Assembly (NCBI GenBank): GCA_963797915.1 | Contig: CAWCRG010000017.1 | Span: forward strand, 235,074-299,073 | From: Candidatus Sericytochromatia bacterium | GTDB taxonomy: Bacteria > Cyanobacteriota > Sericytochromatia > UBA7694 | Length of the DNA stretch: 64,000 nucleotides | Direction: 5' to 3' | Shown: in pieces, positions 16,491 to 26,224 of the stretch | Layout: each line of letters starts with the position of its first letter | Numbering within the stretch: position 1 is the stretch's first letter | Program-made: the position numbers and the translations under genes | Notes under the pieces: model-generated | The model's database searches: none | What the model saw: only the letters and a program-made list of their open reading frames with translations | Told to the model about the DNA's origin: nothing

Positions 16491-18830
16491 CTATTTTTTT
16501 GTGGCTTTTTTCATGTTCCGCGACATTTTTACCACGCGGTTTACGCTAAGGACATCACTCATTTGACGCAGCTTCTGCATGATTTTATGGAGCTCATCAA
16601 TATTTGACACTTCGACCACCAGGTCAAGTTTGGCCGTTTTGTCCTGATTGGTATTGATGTTTGCGGCCAAAATATTAATCTTGCTATCACTTAAGCGGGT
16701 AATCACGTCTTTGAGCAGACCGCGACGATCGATGGTGAAAATCTCTAACTCTACAGGGTAACTCTGGTTGTCCATGAGTCCCCAGCTTGCGGGAATATAG
16801 CGCTTCTCATTGACCTGATTGAGGTTTTGGCATTCTTTGGAGTGTACCGCAACCCCTTTCCCTCGGGTCACCACACCAATAATGGGCTCTCCGGGTACGG
16901 GAGTGCAACATTTTGGAAAGAAAGCCATGACACCGGCTTCTCCGGCGATGAGTAGCCCCTTCTCTCTTTGTTTGTCTCCGCGGCGCAAGCGGCCTACGGG
17001 AACTGTTTCACCCAGGATTTTTTCAGCCGCACTGGGCAGTTTATCGGGGTTGAGAGGTCCTGTGCGCACGCGGTTAACCAGTTGTCGGGGCGTAACTTCT
17101 CCGTAACCAACAGTGGCTAATAAATCATCGACCGAATTGCGGTTAAAGCGCTGAGCCAGCTCTTCCATGTTCTTGGATTTGAGGAAGTTTTCTAGCCCTT
17201 CCTTGCCAAACTCAATTTCTAAAAGCTCTCGGCCTCGCTTGATATTGTCATCCCGCTGCTCTTTTTTGTAATGCTTGCGAATCTGGTTTTTGGCCTGATT
17301 GGTGATCACAAAATTGAGCCAGCCCAGGTTGGGCTGTGAGTTTTTACTGGTAAGAATCTCGACCTGGGCCCCGTTTTTGAGGGGAGTGGGTAAAGAAATG
17401 ATGCGCCCGTTCATTTTGGCACCAATACAGCGATTGCCCACTTGCGTATGGATTTTATAGGCAAAATCAACGGCGGTGGCACCGCGGGGCAGCACGTGTA
17501 AATCGCCCTGGGGGGTAAAGACGTACACGTCATCTTCAAAGAGATTGTCTTTGATATTGTCCATAAACTCTTCGGCATCTTTGAGGTCGTTTTGCCAGTC
17601 GAGTAATTGGCGGAGCCAGGTGAGCTGTAAGTCAGTTTTAGAGGCTTTCCCACCTTGTTTGTACTTCCAGTGGGCGGCAATCCCGTATTCTGAAATTTGC
17701 TCCATTTCATGGGTGCGAATTTGCACCTCAAGCGGCTGGCCTCCGCGGCCCATAACGGTGGTGTGCAGAGACTGATACATGTTTTGTTTGGGCATGGCAA
17801 TATAGTCTTTAAAGCGCCCAGGAATAGGCTTCCAAATGGCGTGAACAATGCCCAAAACGGTATAGCAGTCAGTTTCGGTGGGGGCTAAAACCCGCAGGCC
17901 GTAGTAATCATAGATCTCTGTAAACTGCTTATTTTTACCATAGATTTTGTTGTAAATACTGTAGAAGTTTTTGACACGACTCAGAATCTGAATTTGCTTG
18001 CCCTTTTGGCGCGCCTTTTCAGGATCTTCTTCTCCCACATAGAAATTGTGACCCAGTTCAATCAACCCTTTTTTAAGCACATCGACGGCATCACCCAGGG
18101 TTTCTTCACGTACCGCTCGTTTTTGAGACAGTTCCTGAGAAATTTTGAGGTATTCAGACGGGTGCAAATAGCGTAAACAGAGGTCTTCAAGCTCCCATTT
18201 TAAACGACCAATCCCCAGGCGGTGAGCCAGGGGGGCAAAGATATCCAGGGTTTCCTGGGCGATCTTTTTTTGCTTGTCGTCGGTCATATGATCGAGGGTG
18301 CGCATATTGTGCAGGCGATCGGCCAACTTCAAAATGACCACGCGAATGTCTTTGGCCATGGCCACAAACATGCGGCGAAAGTTCTCGGCCTGTCGCTCTT
18401 CTTTAGACGAGAACGAAAACTTGCTCAGCTTGGTGACGCCATCCACCAGGTGGCACACCGTTTCGCCGAAGGCTTCGGTCATTTCTTCGTTGGTAAAATC
18501 AGTGTCTTCTAAAATGTCATGCAAGAACCCCGCGGCAATGGTTTCGCCTCCGGCATTGAGCTCGGTGAGAATCAATGCCACCTCGTAAGGGTGAATGATA
18601 TAGGGTTCTCCCGACTTGCGGGTCTGGTGTTTATGGAGCTCGTACGCAACGAAGAATGCCTTGCGCGCCAGGGTGACGTCTTCAGGCGATGCATAACTGA
18701 GTTTGGTACGCAAATGACGCATCAAACTGGCCACATAAGGTGGGTAATCGGCCTCTAAATTTTCATTCCAGTCAAGATCTAAGCGGGGGCGTGTCTGTTT
18801 TAGTACTTCATCAGGCTGATCGTCTTGCAA
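16491..18830 (-). CDS. spoT: Bifunctional (p)ppGpp synthetase/hydrolase RelA/SpoT (Rel)
   Basis: Has an HD hydrolase domain, a RelA_SpoT synthetase domain, and TGS and ACT C-terminal domains. Length is 779 aa. Confidence 0.9.
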   Translation of the reverse strand: MQDDQPDEVLKQTRPRLDLDWNENLEADYPPYVASLMRHLRTKLSYASPEDVTLARKAFFVAYELHKHQTRKSGEPYIIHPYEVALILTELNAGGETIAAGFLHDILEDTDFTNEEMTEAFGETVCHLVDGVTKLSKFSFSSKEERQAENFRRMFVAMAKDIRVVILKLADRLHNMRTLDHMTDDKQKKIAQETLDIFAPLAHRLGIGRLKWELEDLCLRYLHPSEYLKISQELSQKRAVREETLGDAVDVLKKGLIELGHNFYVGEEDPEKARQKGKQIQILSRVKNFYSIYNKIYGKNKQFTEIYDYYGLRVLAPTETDCYTVLGIVHAIWKPIPGRFKDYIAMPKQNMYQSLHTTVMGRGGQPLEVQIRTHEMEQISEYGIAAHWKYKQGGKASKTDLQLTWLRQLLDWQNDLKDAEEFMDNIKDNLFEDDVYVFTPQGDLHVLPRGATAVDFAYKIHTQVGNRCIGAKMNGRIISLPTPLKNGAQVEILTSKNSQPNLGWLNFVITNQAKNQIRKHYKKEQRDDNIKRGRELLEIEFGKEGLENFLKSKNMEELAQRFNRNSVDDLLATVGYGEVTPRQLVNRVRTGPLNPDKLPSAAEKILGETVPVGRLRRGDKQREKGLLIAGEAGVMAFFPKCCTPVPGEPIIGVVTRGKGVAVHSKECQNLNQVNEKRYIPASWGLMDNQSYPVELEIFTIDRRGLLKDVITRLSDSKINILAANINTNQDKTAKLDLVVEVSNIDELHKIMQKLRQMSDVLSVNRVVKMSRNMKKATKK

Positions 18831-19339
18831 GGCGTCAGTTTCTCCCGTCCGTTTAAGAAATTAAGTTCAATCGCAAATAACATGCCGAGCACGTCTGCGC
18901 CGCTCTGGGCTAAAAGCTTAAGCGTGGCCTCAGCAGTGCCGCCAGTGGCCAGTAGGTCATCAATGACCCAGACTTTTTTACCCGGCTCAATCGCGTCTTT
19001 GTGTATTTCGAGCACGTCGGTGCCATACTCCAGAGTGTACTCCTGGCGATAGGTTTCTGCGGGAAGTTTACCGACTTTGCGTACCGGAATAAAGCCCACA
19101 TTCAGTGCAAGGGCCAAAGGCATGCCCAAAATAAACCCGCGAGATTCGATGCCGGCAATATAGTCTGGCATATCGTGTTGGCAGACTTCGACCATGGCTT
19201 TTACAATGAGTTTAAGCGCCTCAGGGGACTTGAGCAAGGGCGTGATGTCTTTAAACACAATGCCGGGCTTGGGGAAATCGGCCACATCGCGAATATATTC
19301 CTTGAGTTGTGCTTCTTGCGGAGTCGTCTGCATCATGGG
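18800..19339 (-). CDS. apt: Adenine phosphoribosyltransferase
   Basis: PRTase motif VIDDLLATGGT and a conserved N-terminus (LKEYIRDVADFPKPGIVFKDITPLL). I start it at the internal ATG 19339, as the longer ORF would overlap recJ by 61 nt. Confidence 0.85.
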   Translation of the reverse strand, partial: PMMQTTPQEAQLKEYIRDVADFPKPGIVFKDITPLLKSPEALKLIVKAMVEVCQHDMPDYIAGIESRGFILGMPLALALNVGFIPVRKVGKLPAETYRQEYTLEYGTDVLEIHKDAIEPGKKVWVIDDLLATGGTAEATLKLLAQSGADVLGMLFAIELNFLNGREKLTPCKTISLMKY

Positions 19340-21780
19340 GAAACTTCCTGGATCAATAAATTTTTGAGCCGCGTGAAATGAAGGTTGTGCCATTGCTTAT
19401 AGAGGCCCTGGCGGATTTGCCAATCTGCTTTTTGCTCCCGATAAAACGCACTGTCATTCAAATTATAGGCTTGATTTTTATAGCTTAAACAATAACGTTC
19501 CCTATCATAAGTCAATAGTCCTAGATCACACAAGGTTCTGAGACAGATTTTTGCCTGATAGCGATCCAATCGCAAATCCTGTCCTAACTCCAGGGCGCTG
19601 CGGACTCCTTTTTCTGCCGGTGTGCCTTGACTGAGGTGCTGGATGACTTTGGTCATGAGGCCAAAATCAGGCAGGTCAGGTTCTTTTGCGCCGCCCGTAA
19701 TGTAAATCGTGTGAAACCCTGATTTGAGAATGCTTTCGTGCGCTTGTAAAGGGGGCTGAGATAGCATTAATGCCGAGAATCGACCGGGGTCGGCGGTGCG
19801 CATCACAGCATTTGCCGGGCAGTCTAAACGATAGGTGACGCTATGGGGCGGCTTGATTTCCCCTTGTCGATCGTCATGCCAGTGGATTTTATTTTCTTCA
19901 TAAGTGACGGTGGGAATCTGCCACCACGTCTTGTCGCTGTAAAAAAAGCCCGGCAAAAAAGTAACGGGTTTTACGATCTCAAATGAGTGAGGGCTTTGTA
20001 CCGACAAATCAGCAGGAGCGGCGGGCGCTGGTGTTTTGACCGGTGATAGGGTAATGGGGGTAATGGGTTGTGCGTTTTCTGGTTTCGGTGGGGAATGCAT
20101 GGCGCCTGGCGTTTCTGGGGACACGCGAATATGCTCTACTGTTAACTCCAGCTTTGTTTGCTTTCTCCATGTATTGCATTCTAAGCGATACACAATATCA
20201 AAGCTTTTGTGGGCTGCATAATCAGGATCCCATGCGCTCCACGCTTTCAGCCGCACCGGGCTACCCATCTGGCTATGCAGTTGGCCGAACAAATGGGTGT
20301 GGGACTTTTTGTCGCTTTTGAGCTCTTGAATGGGTGCCTTCAGGCTCATAAATAAAGGAGGGGGATTTCCCATGCCAAAGGGTGCCAGCGTGCGGAGTTC
20401 CTCCCACAGGCCCAGATTTAACAAGCGTGGGTTGATATCCATATCGACGTCGAGTGCGTGGGTGTAATTGGTTTGCTGGGCATCGCAGGCCGTGGTAAAA
20501 GCCGCTGCAAAGGCGTTGATGTTTTCGGTCTTGAGACTCAATCCCCCGGCCATTTCATGGCCTCCAAAGCGCAGTAATAAGTGCTGGCAAGCTTGTAACG
20601 CCTCAAGAATATGATAGCCTTTGGGCGCGCGAATAGAAGCTTTGGCCGTTTCTCCCTCGATAGCCATTAAGGCCACGGGCTGGTGATATTGGGACACCAG
20701 CTGAGAGCAGGTAATGCCCAATACGCCGTGAGGCCAGCTTTCGTCAGCCAACACAATACATGAGGCGGTGTGATCCGCTAGCTTCTCCTGGGCAGAGGCT
20801 GACACGTCCTGGCACCATTTTTGGCGCTGCTTGTTGAGGGCTTCCAGGGTGTTTGCCAGGGCGCTTGCTTCTTCGGGTGTTTCTGCCAGCAGTAAAGACA
20901 GAGCGGGCATGGGCGAGTCAATGCGGCCGGCAGCGTTTAAGAGCGGGATCATTCGAAAGGTGAGATCGTCTTCTGTGAGGGTGCTGAGCGTGACGTCTTT
21001 GAGCTGACTCAGGGCAATCAGGCCCGGTCTTTGGGTTGTTCTAAAGGCGCTTAATCCCCTTTTGGCCAGGGCAAAGTTGAGCCCCCGCAGTGGCGTCATG
21101 TCAGCCAGTGTGCCCAGTACGGCAAGGTCCAGCAGGCTTTCGGGCCGTGGCGCCTGGGGGAACACAGGGGCCAATAAGCAGGTGAGCCAATAGGCCATGC
21201 CGGCACCGGACAGGTTTTTTAAGGCTTCAATCGCTAGCACTTCGGGGTGAAGGGTAAAGAGGGCGTCGGGCAGTTGCTCCGGCAGGCCGTGGTGATCGGT
21301 GATGACCACTTCCATTCCCTGCTCACGGCAAAACGCGATTTCTTCTCGGTTGCTAATGCCGCAGTCTACGGTAATGAGCAGGGGGTAGCCTTCTTCAATC
21401 AGGGTGCTCAGGGTTTCTTTATTTAAGCCATAACCCTGAGAGCGTGTAGGTAAAAGGGTTTTGACTGAGAATCCGGCGCCTTTGAGAAAACACATCAGCA
21501 CCGATGAGCCACTCAAGCCGTCGGCGTCGTAGTCTCCAAAGATGGCAATCGGTGACTTTTGGGCATGCAGCTTTAAAAAAAGTGCTTGCAGAGCCTCGGT
21601 GAAGGGAGCTTCTGGCCATGAGAGCTCAGGCTCTGTCTTCAGCATTTCTCGGGCGGCATTGGCATCAATCTGGCGATTGTAAAGCAATTGGGCTAAAAAA
21701 GGCGAGATATGCAGGTCTTTTGCCAACACATGTGTTTCAGCAGTGGGTGAGGAAAGTTTGATTTCAGGCCAGTTTGACAT
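19333..21780 (-). CDS. recJ: Single-stranded-DNA-specific exonuclease RecJ with ~250 aa C-terminal extension
   Basis: DHH motifs (DYDADGLSG, ITVDCGIS, VVITDHHG) and a DHHA1 GGHEMAGG motif. The protein is 815 aa against ~570 for a typical RecJ, and the extra tail has no recognisable motif. Confidence 0.8.
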   Translation of the reverse strand: MSNWPEIKLSSPTAETHVLAKDLHISPFLAQLLYNRQIDANAAREMLKTEPELSWPEAPFTEALQALFLKLHAQKSPIAIFGDYDADGLSGSSVLMCFLKGAGFSVKTLLPTRSQGYGLNKETLSTLIEEGYPLLITVDCGISNREEIAFCREQGMEVVITDHHGLPEQLPDALFTLHPEVLAIEALKNLSGAGMAYWLTCLLAPVFPQAPRPESLLDLAVLGTLADMTPLRGLNFALAKRGLSAFRTTQRPGLIALSQLKDVTLSTLTEDDLTFRMIPLLNAAGRIDSPMPALSLLLAETPEEASALANTLEALNKQRQKWCQDVSASAQEKLADHTASCIVLADESWPHGVLGITCSQLVSQYHQPVALMAIEGETAKASIRAPKGYHILEALQACQHLLLRFGGHEMAGGLSLKTENINAFAAAFTTACDAQQTNYTHALDVDMDINPRLLNLGLWEELRTLAPFGMGNPPPLFMSLKAPIQELKSDKKSHTHLFGQLHSQMGSPVRLKAWSAWDPDYAAHKSFDIVYRLECNTWRKQTKLELTVEHIRVSPETPGAMHSPPKPENAQPITPITLSPVKTPAPAAPADLSVQSPHSFEIVKPVTFLPGFFYSDKTWWQIPTVTYEENKIHWHDDRQGEIKPPHSVTYRLDCPANAVMRTADPGRFSALMLSQPPLQAHESILKSGFHTIYITGGAKEPDLPDFGLMTKVIQHLSQGTPAEKGVRSALELGQDLRLDRYQAKICLRTLCDLGLLTYDRERYCLSYKNQAYNLNDSAFYREQKADWQIRQGLYKQWHNLHFTRLKNLLIQEVSP

Positions 21781-21819
21781 ATTTTTAGTGTAACCTAGTT
21801 CTCCTCAGGGGTAGGTCTT

Positions 21820-23670
21820 TTGTATGCTAAACTGAGTAGAAACTTTTTTGGAAAAGAGTCGTGCATGTTTAAGCATATTTTCCTTTTTGCCTCCACCCTC
21901 AGTCTTGCCGCCGCAAGTTTGTCCACCCCCACCGCTCACGCAAAAGATACCTTAATGCCTCAATCTCAGGTTAAACGCGGTATGAAAGGGGAGTGTCGCA
22001 CGGTTTTTCAGGGCACGGCCATTGAACCCTTTTCCTTTGAAATTCTCGGCAATATGAAGGGCATGTTGGGCCCCGGTTTAGACGTCTATCTCGCTCAATT
22101 GTCAGGCTCAAAGGCCGGTTATACAGGCGTGGTGGCGGGCATGAGCGGAAGCCCCTGTTATATTGATGGTCAGTTAATTGGGGCCTTATCTTATCGCTTT
22201 GGCACGTTTACCAAGGAGCCCATTGCGGGCATTACCCCTATTCAGGATATGCTTAAAATTTTTGAGATTCCCGAACGGAAGCCTGCGCCTTCGCAACGGG
22301 TTTATGTGCCCACTCCCTACGCTCCCGAAAAGATTGCTGCTGCAGCCGGTCGGGTGAATTTTGAGGGCAGCGCCATGGATTTTAAAGCCATTGCTACCCC
22401 TGTTGCCATTAGCGGCATTGCCCCAGAAGTGCTTTCTCAATACCAACCCCAACTCGAAAAACTCGGCTTTCACACGGTCATGGGAAGCTCTGGCGGAGCC
22501 CAGGGACACCCTGATGCGCCAGCTAAGCTGGAAATGGGCGGCGCCATTGCCGGGCAAATGGTGCGCGGTGATATTTCGGTTTCGGGCACCGGCACCGTTT
22601 CGTATGTCGATGGCGAGCGGGTTCTCGCTTTTGGTCACCCGTTTTTTGGGGCGGGTTACGTGAATATGCCCATGGCCACCGCCTATATTCATCATATTTT
22701 GGTATCGGCCACCGGCTCTTATAAAATGGCTGAGGACGGTCGTGAGGTGGGCACCATTACCCAGGATCGCTTAACCGCTATTGCCGGTGTTAACGGTCAG
22801 CGCACCCGCATGATTCCCGTGCAAATCAACTTAAAAGACGCTGCGGGTGTCGATATGAAACAGATTAATTTCGAAGTGTTTCAGGATCCCGGCTATACCC
22901 CTACACTGATGGCCATGAGTATTCAGAATAGCCTCAGCGATCGCCTGCAGTTCAATACGGGCGGAAATATTAAAGGGGAAGGCACTGTTCGCGTGGACGG
23001 TCAAAACCTAAAGCTTAACGGGTTTTATTCGACACTGCCCACGGGCAGCGCTCCTGAATTAGCGGCCCGTGATGTGGCCACCCTGCTGGCGCAATTGTGG
23101 GGCAATCCTTTTCAATCTCCTGCCATTGAAAAAATTGTGCTCAACTATCAGTTTGCCACCGAAACCCGTGTGGCTGCCATTGATAATATCTGGTCCGATC
23201 GCAAAGAGGTGCGCCCCGGAGAAAGCTTTTATGTCAATGTGCGCATTAAAACCTATCGCAATGAATCTCTAATGTACCGTGCGAAGGTGCAGGTGCCTGC
23301 TGACGCACCTTATGGCCCCATGACCTTGCTGGCCAGTAACGCCAGTGCTCTGAATCGCATCGAGGACGGCATTAAATCCGGCTATGCCAGTTATGCTGAA
23401 CTGCTCAAGGATATGGCGGAGCGTCGTGACTCGCAGCATTTGTACCTCAAATGGATTATGGAGTCTCCGGGAATAACCATTGACAGTCAGGTTTATGCTA
23501 AAATGCCCCCTTCAGTGATAGCACAGCTGGACAATCCAGAAAATCTGACGAGTACGGTTCCTCTGATGCGGTCTCCCGGTACTGAATACAGTTTACCCAC
23601 AGCTTACGATCTGCAAGGGCAAGAAGCGGTGCGTGTGTTTGTGACTCCCTATGGAAGGGTAATCAATTAG
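21820..23670 (+). CDS. Secreted peptidase S55 (SpoIVB-like) family protein
   Basis: A signal peptide begins at the second Met (MFKHIFLFASTLSLAAASLSTPTAHA, alternative start 21865). The motif GTGTVSYVDGERVLAFGHPFFG resembles the S55 catalytic region. This is a non-sporulation context. Confidence 0.5.
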   Translation: MYAKLSRNFFGKESCMFKHIFLFASTLSLAAASLSTPTAHAKDTLMPQSQVKRGMKGECRTVFQGTAIEPFSFEILGNMKGMLGPGLDVYLAQLSGSKAGYTGVVAGMSGSPCYIDGQLIGALSYRFGTFTKEPIAGITPIQDMLKIFEIPERKPAPSQRVYVPTPYAPEKIAAAAGRVNFEGSAMDFKAIATPVAISGIAPEVLSQYQPQLEKLGFHTVMGSSGGAQGHPDAPAKLEMGGAIAGQMVRGDISVSGTGTVSYVDGERVLAFGHPFFGAGYVNMPMATAYIHHILVSATGSYKMAEDGREVGTITQDRLTAIAGVNGQRTRMIPVQINLKDAAGVDMKQINFEVFQDPGYTPTLMAMSIQNSLSDRLQFNTGGNIKGEGTVRVDGQNLKLNGFYSTLPTGSAPELAARDVATLLAQLWGNPFQSPAIEKIVLNYQFATETRVAAIDNIWSDRKEVRPGESFYVNVRIKTYRNESLMYRAKVQVPADAPYGPMTLLASNASALNRIEDGIKSGYASYAELLKDMAERRDSQHLYLKWIMESPGITIDSQVYAKMPPSVIAQLDNPENLTSTVPLMRSPGTEYSLPTAYDLQGQEAVRVFVTPYGRVIN

Positions 23671-23682
23671 AGGAAATAAATA

Positions 23683-25805
23683 ATGAAAATCAAACGTTTT
23701 TTCGGAGCTGTTTTAGCTTTTAGTCTGACATTACCCGCCCATGCGGAGTTTCCTAAAAATTGGTATGTGGAAGGTGTCCGAGACTTTCTGAACGGTGCGC
23801 TGGTGTCCACCGCCATTCAGTCCGACGGCTCGTTAACCCTCAGCTCAGCCTTTCAAGAACGTAATCAGCTATCCGCCAGCAATATTTTAGACGCGGTCCC
23901 TCTGAATGCAACAGAAATGCTGGTGGCCACCGCTAAGCCGGGTGCTGCTATGCTTGTGCGTCTTGGCGACTCTGGCAGTGAGAAAAAACTCTTAGAAGTC
24001 CCCCAGGGCTTTGTTTCTGCGGTGGCAAAAGGCAAAGACGGCGCCCTGTACGCTGCCAGTGCGCCCGATGGCCGCATTTATAAAGGCGATAAAACTGGCC
24101 TAAAGCCTCTTTTTCAGAGCCGAAGAAAAATACATTTGGGATCTTTTGCCCGCCAAAGACGGTCAGCTCTACTTTACCACCGGCAATCGGGGGGCTTTTT
24201 ATCGCCTGAATGGCGATAAGGCCGAACTATTGTATGAATCGAAAGAAAGCAATCTTCGCGCGCTTTACGAAGATGCTCACTGGGGCATGGTGTTCGGCGG
24301 CGGCAGTCGCGGTATTGTCTATCAGTATGAGCGCAAAGACAAAGTGCGGGCGCTTTTAGACGGCTGCCTTTGATGAGGTTACCGCCATCACCGGCAACGG
24401 TAAAGGCGACCTTTATGTGGCCTTAAACCGTTCTAAAGCCGACAAAAATCGTGCCAAAAGTGCGATATACCGTATTGATAAAAAGGGGCACTCAGAACTG
24501 CTGTTTCCCCTCGACAGCGAAACTGCCAATACGCTGGCCTTAAATAAATCCGGTGACCTGTTTGTGGGCACTGGTGACGCCGGCCGTATTTATAAAATCA
24601 CGCATCCTGAAAACCCTGAAGTGCGTGAGTTGAGTTTGGCCACCCGTTCTGTATCGGATCAGGTCTCTCGTTTAATCGCTTCCGCGAGTAATGACGGTTT
24701 TCTTAGCTTTGGCAGTAGTCCTGCGCGTATTGACCGCTATGAAGGTGGCTTTCAACGCACCGGCATTTATGAAAGCGACATTATGGGTACCGGTATCTCG
24801 GCCTCGTGGGGGTTAATGCGCTTACAAGCCGTGGCGCCTTCCGGCACTCAGATTCTGGTGTCTACCCGTACCGGCAATACCGCCACGCCCGATAACACCT
24901 GGAGTGACTGGAGCGCTGCAAAAAGCGGCACCGAGGTGCCGATTACCTCACCGGCAGGCCGGTTTTTACAGGCCAAGTTTGAGCTCAGGAGCAATAGTGC
25001 GAATCAAACCCCTCAGCTCAAGAGCTTTGAGGTCAACTTTGTACGCGACAACTTAGCGCCCATTATTCACGAGGTTTACTTTTTAGATCGCGGTATTTTC
25101 TTTAAGCCCCACACCTTTGGTAAGCCCGAAGCCCCACGCATTGTGCAGCTAGACCAGCGTTTCTTACAGGGCTTACGTCAACCCCGCAGTACCGAAGCGG
25201 TGTACTCAGAAATGCTCGAAGAAAAAACCGGCGGCGATGTGCGTATGCTGCAAGAGTATAAGCAAGGCATGTTAACCGTGGCGTGGGACAGCGAAGATCG
25301 CAATGAAGATCGCGTCAGCTATGATGTCTATTATCAGGTCTATGGGCAATCTGAGTGGGTGCCGCTGGCCAAAGATCTCAACGCTTCAGTCTACTCTTTT
25401 GACTCCAGTACTCTTTCTGATGGCACCTACCGCTTTCGCGTTTATGTGAGCGATGCTCTGTCCAACCCTGGAGACGGCTACCGGGTCTACCGTGATAGCG
25501 AGTTAATTACCATCGATAACACCGCACCGGTGGTCAGTAATTTACAGGCCCAGGTTAAGGCTGACGGGGTAGCCGTGAGTTTTAGCGCCAAAGATCAGTT
25601 GTCGGCTCTGGCCTATGTAGAAACGCTTTTAGATGGTCAGGGGAGTGAGTTTGTACAGTCTGTAGATAAAATTATCGATGGCCGCGAAGAGCGCTTTTCT
25701 TTTAATCTCAAGCGTCCAGCCAAAGGCAGTCATATGTTGGTGGTGAAAACCACCGATCGGATGGGGAACACCTCTACCCATCGCGTGAGTTTTGACGTGC
25801 GATGA
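23683..25805 (+). CDS. Secreted beta-propeller-repeat protein with C-terminal FN3/Ig-like domains (two frameshifts)
   Basis: Signal peptide MKIKRFFGAVLAFSLTLPAHA and recurring G-x-(I/L)Y blade-like motifs. Three ORFs (23683-24219, 24146-24373, 24417-25805) form one protein. The shifts lie near 24105 (A-run) and near 24365. The C-terminus resembles fibronectin III / Ig-like beta sandwiches. Confidence 0.5.
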
Positions 25806-26224
25806 GTCAGACGCAACCCGTGAACCCGGCTACTAACCCGTCAATGAACGCTGTGCATGTTCAGAATTTAGCAATGTCTGACTTTACGGCATTCGGAGCG
25901 ACTGCTGAAGAGCTCGTTGCCTACGCCCTTGATGATATCGGGGTGTTGGCCACGGATACCCTCATCAATGGTGAGCAAGCTCGCCCTCTGGTGGAGAGCT
26001 TTTATAATAAACGCCAACAGGTGCGTCGCAGTACGCGCCTGGGTAATCTTTTGATTCAGAGCGGGGTGATTACCCGCGAGCAGTTAATTGAGGCGCTAAG
26101 TTGTCATGTTACCCGTGAAGTCCCCTTAGGAGAAGCTTTGATTTTACTTTCTTTCTGCACCCAGGAACAACTGGATGCAACCTTATCTCAACAAGCAGAA
26201 ATGCGACGTCGTTTAAACCCTTAA
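25802..26224 (+). CDS. Small MshEN / T2SS-E N-terminal-like domain protein
   Basis: Two tandem RLG-x-LL-x-G-x-I-x-x-EQL-x-EAL-like half motifs (RLGNLLIQSGVITREQLIEALS...LGEALILLSFCTQEQLDATLSQQ). In MshE this domain binds c-di-GMP. The start overlaps the upstream stop (ATGA). Confidence 0.45.
   Translation: MSQTQPVNPATNPSMNAVHVQNLAMSDFTAFGATAEELVAYALDDIGVLATDTLINGEQARPLVESFYNKRQQVRRSTRLGNLLIQSGVITREQLIEALSCHVTREVPLGEALILLSFCTQEQLDATLSQQAEMRRRLNP

Noticed and set aside
19340-19393. Longer apt ORF starting at 19393
   Set aside because: It would overlap recJ by 61 nt. The conserved APRT N-terminus begins at the internal Met at 19339.
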